From assembly GCA_002269645.1 (NCBI GenBank), contig NIVC01001066.1:186001-250000 (forward strand): a DNA stretch of 64,000 bases, given 5' to 3'. Source of the stretch: Macrostomum lignano. Its lineage: Eukaryota. Under the pieces are notes generated by a model that was not told where the DNA came from, ran no database searches, and saw nothing but the letters and a program-made list of their open reading frames with translations. The position numbers and the translations under genes were made by a program. This document shows, piece after piece, positions 60,389-64,000 of this stretch. Positions within the stretch are counted from its first letter, which is position 1; each line of letters begins with the position of its first letter.

Positions 60389-61190
60389 AAAATTTCATGT
60401 TGAATGGTCAAGCCAAAGTGAGCGAACTCGAATATCGATCTGCCTTATAAAATCACATGTATTTTAAATGAGAGCACATCGAAAATCGGTGCCATTTCGA
60501 GCCAGAGTGACGGATCGAGCTGAAACTGTATATTTATCGGTTTCTTAGTTGCACTTTTTAGTGTGTAAAATTTCATGTTGAATGGTCAAGCCAAAGTGAG
60601 CGAACTCGAATATCGACATCTGCCTTATAAAATCACATGTATTTTAAATGAGAGCACATCGAAAATCGGTGCCATTTCGAGCCAGAGTGACGGATCGAGC
60701 TGAAACTGTATATTTATCGGTTTCTGGTTTGCACTTTTTAGTGTGTAAAATTTCATGTTGAATGGTCAAGCCAAAGTGAGCGAACTCGAATATCGATCTG
60801 CCTTATAAAATCACATGTATTTTAAATGAGAGCACATCGAAAATCGGTGCCATTTCGAGCCAGAGTGACGGATCGAGCTGAAACTGTATATTTATCGGTT
60901 TCTTAGTTGCACTTTTTAGTGTGTAAAATTTCATGTTGAATCGTCAAGCCAAAGTGAGCGAACTCGAATATCGATCTGCCTTATAAAATCACATGTATTT
61001 TAAATGGGAGCACATCGAAAATCGGTGCCATTTCGAGCCAGAGTAACGGATCGAGCTGAAACTTTATTTTTGCAATGTTCTTAGTTGCACTTTTTTTTCT
61101 GTCAAACGGCGTTTTAAAATATTTTTGCAGAGCAGAGATTTTGTTAGTTTTCGAATATCAATCTGAATATCGATCGGGAAACAAATGCGT
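60389..61190 (-). repeat. Right TIR: tip plus ~4 copies of the 178-bp unit, inverted
   Basis: Mirror of the left TIR, including the unit-specific variant AAGTGCAAACCAG; a few mismatches. Confidence 0.93.
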
Positions 61191-61465
61191 ATGACTGCCA
61201 GCGTATTTAGTTTAAAAGCGGTAAGAATTCCATTTCCATCCCGTATCACATTAGTATTTATATAGGTAGAGCAATTTATGCTATTTCTCCATTTTCAGTC
61301 ATCAACCGTCCTCGTAAGTAAGTTATATTTCAAAGGAGCAACGCAAACTGCTTCGTTCCGAACATCTTCCAACAAGTATTAAAGCAAAAATATCTAGGAT
61401 TCTAGCTGCTACCAATAGAATAATACTCGCCTGTGCTCTACCACAAAAATAAAAGCGAAATCAAA

Positions 61466-61512
61466 ATGGACGTCAGTTTGGATGATCTTATCAAGCAGAA
61501 AAAAGTGTCAAT
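61466..61512 (+). CDS. Probable first coding exon of an ALYREF/POLDIP3-like mRNA export adaptor
   Basis: aaaATG context; MDVSLDDLIKQKK matches the N-terminal UAP56-binding motif (MDMSLDDII); GTAAGC donor. Later exons not found in the window. Confidence 0.5.
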
Positions 61513-61757
61513 GTAAGCATTCTAATTATTAACTTTCCTTATTAGGCCTAGTATTATTTCCCTGTCGGGACTCTAGTCTAAGGTTAGGCCTACATTAAAT
61601 AATTTATATAATACATGCTATTAATTATTATACAATATGGTAATAATTTGAATATATTATATGATATATAATTATATTGATATATATAGGCCAATATGAC
61701 ATGTAAAAATTGTAATATATTAGTAGGCCTATTAGTATTATAGTTTGTTTTGGGTTG

Positions 61758-62300
61758 GCACCCAGTAAAATATGGAATCTGCAGCAGAATTGGAATGGAA
61801 TAGCTCAGTAAAATGTGGAATCTGCAGCGAAATGGTAAAATGTGGAATGAGCAATGGAATCCAGTAACTTTAACTAAAATGCAAATGCAAAGTAGCTAAA
61901 GTGCATTATGATCTATTAAAGAATCTTATGCCAATGGCAATAAAGCTTTCAAAATTTTACCAAACTATTATGATAATAATTTTCAACACCTATCAGCTAT
62001 ATTATTCACAAGAGAACCTATATTACTACTTTGAGTAAGGTCCAATAGATGCTACTATTTCTAGTTCAGTTTGCCTCAATATAGAATCATATTAAAATTT
62101 CTTTATATATCCTTTTTATACAGTTACATTGCTATAGTGTAGGCAAAGCTATATATATTTAAAAATTAATTTTTTGATTCTTATATTTCATATTTTACTT
62201 TAAGTTAGTGGATTCCACAGTTGATTCCGCATTTTACCATTCCGCTACAGATTCCACATTTTACCATTCCACTGCGGATTCCATGTTTTATTGGATACCA
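61758..62300. mobile_element. MITE-like element with degenerate ~100-bp inverted ends
   Basis: GGCACCCAGTAAAATATGGAATCTGCAG... is mirrored by ...ATTCCATGTTTTATTGGATACC. Confidence 0.45.
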
Positions 62301-64000
62301 TTTAGGTCTAGGATGTAAATAGGGGGGTTATTCCATGATAGGGTCATCAAAGGTATAGAAATTTTTATAAAAATTATTTGCAAATGTGAATATTTCATTT
62401 TGTATATAATTATGTATAGTTTCATTTTTATGTAGTTTCATACACATTTATCTACCTCTAGGTATATATATTTTGTTTTGATCATGGTACCCCTGCAAAA
62501 TTTTAAATGTCCCGCGGGACTTTATAAAAAGTTTAATCTAGTTTTCAATAAGAAAAAAAGTTAATAAACATAATGCATCAAGTGCATAAATAATAAAAAT
62601 CTTTCTTTCTTATATCTAAAGACTGAAATTATAAAGTTTTATGATCTAATATAGTTCTATATATCATAATTTTTTATTTTAAAAAGTTTGACTTCCCTTT
62701 TTTTAAGTGTTAAAAACGACCATCATTTTTTTTTACAAAAAGTTGTTGTACTAATTTTCAAGAGGTTTATAAGTTGATAATTTTTTGCTAAAATATTTTC
62801 TGAGCCTATATTTAAGTTTATAGTCATTTTTGTTAGTTTATGATAAGTTTAACATGCTAAAAAAACCCTGCAAAGTTACCTAACGACCATCATTTTCTGG
62901 TATTCTGAAATCTGTTGATCTTCATAAAACCTGAATTATTATCATTTATTCCTAAATTTTATACAAAAAACTGAATTTACTGATATTCTAAAATCATGTC
63001 TTTTTTTAAATGTGAACTACTTATTCAATCTCTCTTTCAAAGTTTTTACAGTTTTGATTGTAAAGAAAAATATAGTGGAATTCAAGTCTTTTATTAAAAA
63101 TGTATACTGTCAATTACTTGTTTGATACCTTAAAATCATTTTCAACCTGCACTATCAAAAAGGTTGTTCCAATTACTAACCATGCACCTAGAACTCTCCA
63201 CTTTAGTTTGCAATGCACCTTAACACATGCCCTAATCTTCAACATAAGTAGTCTAACTAGACTCAAGTTTTTACTATCCATTGGTGCTACTGCTTATTGC
63301 CTAACAAATAATCTGTATTTGCCTTTGGTTTAGTTAATTGTTATATTCTATTCTTTCAATTCTTGAATAGATTAGGACTGTCCATCTTTATGATCATATG
63401 TTGAGTTGTGCAATCATGAAGTGATGTTTTTGTTGAAGGTGCATAAGTACGTTTGATCTGAAATGTGAAATAGGTATAATAAATTTTATGGTTAGACAAG
63501 CAAGTTATAGTTTTTATATGAACAACTATGGATTATAAAAATCTTTTAACTGAGATCTTATCTAAAAATAGAGAATCCTAATACACTTTTTAAAACTGAA
63601 GGTTGTTTTTTTGAAACAAACAACCGTCAGTTAATGACCGTCATTTAAGAAAAAATGTGTAACACAGTTCAAGTTATCTACTAAAATGTAATAATTGTTT
63701 GTAACCATTCATCTAGCTATTGTTTACTACAATTAATGATCAATTGAGACAAAAACTTGCCTGATTCGCAGGAATCTTAAACTTAAGTTATAAAGTTGGA
63801 TACATAAAATTTCACCAAAAACGACCGTCATTGAAAGTTTCTCTCTGCTAAATCAACACAGTAAGACAAATGACTTTAAAATGTATATCATCTCAATCTA
63901 GAGGTCACGCCCATAAATATAGAACTCACAAAGTCTCAATTTAGTTTGTCTTTTGTATGATTACTGATTATTATTTGCTCCAACCCAACGACCGTCATCT

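Larger units (their letters stand above)
29454..61190. mobile_element. 31.7-kb Mutator/Foldback-like DNA transposon (non-autonomous), heavily nested
   Basis: Inverted termini ACGCATTTGTTTCCCGATCG... / ...CGATCGGGAAACAAATGCGT; exact 9-bp TSD ATGACTGCC at 29445-29453 and 61191-61199. No transposase seen. Confidence 0.9.

Overview
Repeat-rich animal (invertebrate) genomic DNA with spliceosomal introns and TTAGGG repeats; the style suggests a flatworm such as Macrostomum, but that is inference. (1) 1-10 kb: a near-perfect palindrome (arms 187-3300 and 5031-8150). Each arm carries a 5S rRNA gene upstream of an intronless, HSE-driven cytosolic hsp70, and one 22-bp satellite flanks the unit in opposite orientations. 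(2) 10.5-13.8 kb: an intact 8-exon pyridoxal kinase gene. (3) 17.7-19.9 kb: an unidentified spliced gene with an upstream RFX X-box. (4) 21.1-28.4 kb: a reconstructed 6-exon gene for a ~1,675-aa secreted, extremely Arg/Lys-rich protein ending in a WSC domain; this copy is broken by TGA stops and homopolymer frameshifts. (5) 29454-61190: one 31.7-kb Mutator/Foldback-like element with ~730-bp tandem-repeat TIRs and a 9-bp TSD (ATGACTGCC). Its ~3.5-kb core encodes a spliced Ulp1 (C48) protease-PHD finger gene. That gene is split by a Helitron, an intact Ngaro-type tyrosine-recombinase retrotransposon with a textbook -1 frameshift signal, and a head-to-tail array of satellite-laden Helitrons, one of which holds a LINE insertion. 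(6) ~61.5 kb: a probable first exon of an ALYREF/POLDIP3-like gene. All alignments and translations were done by eye.
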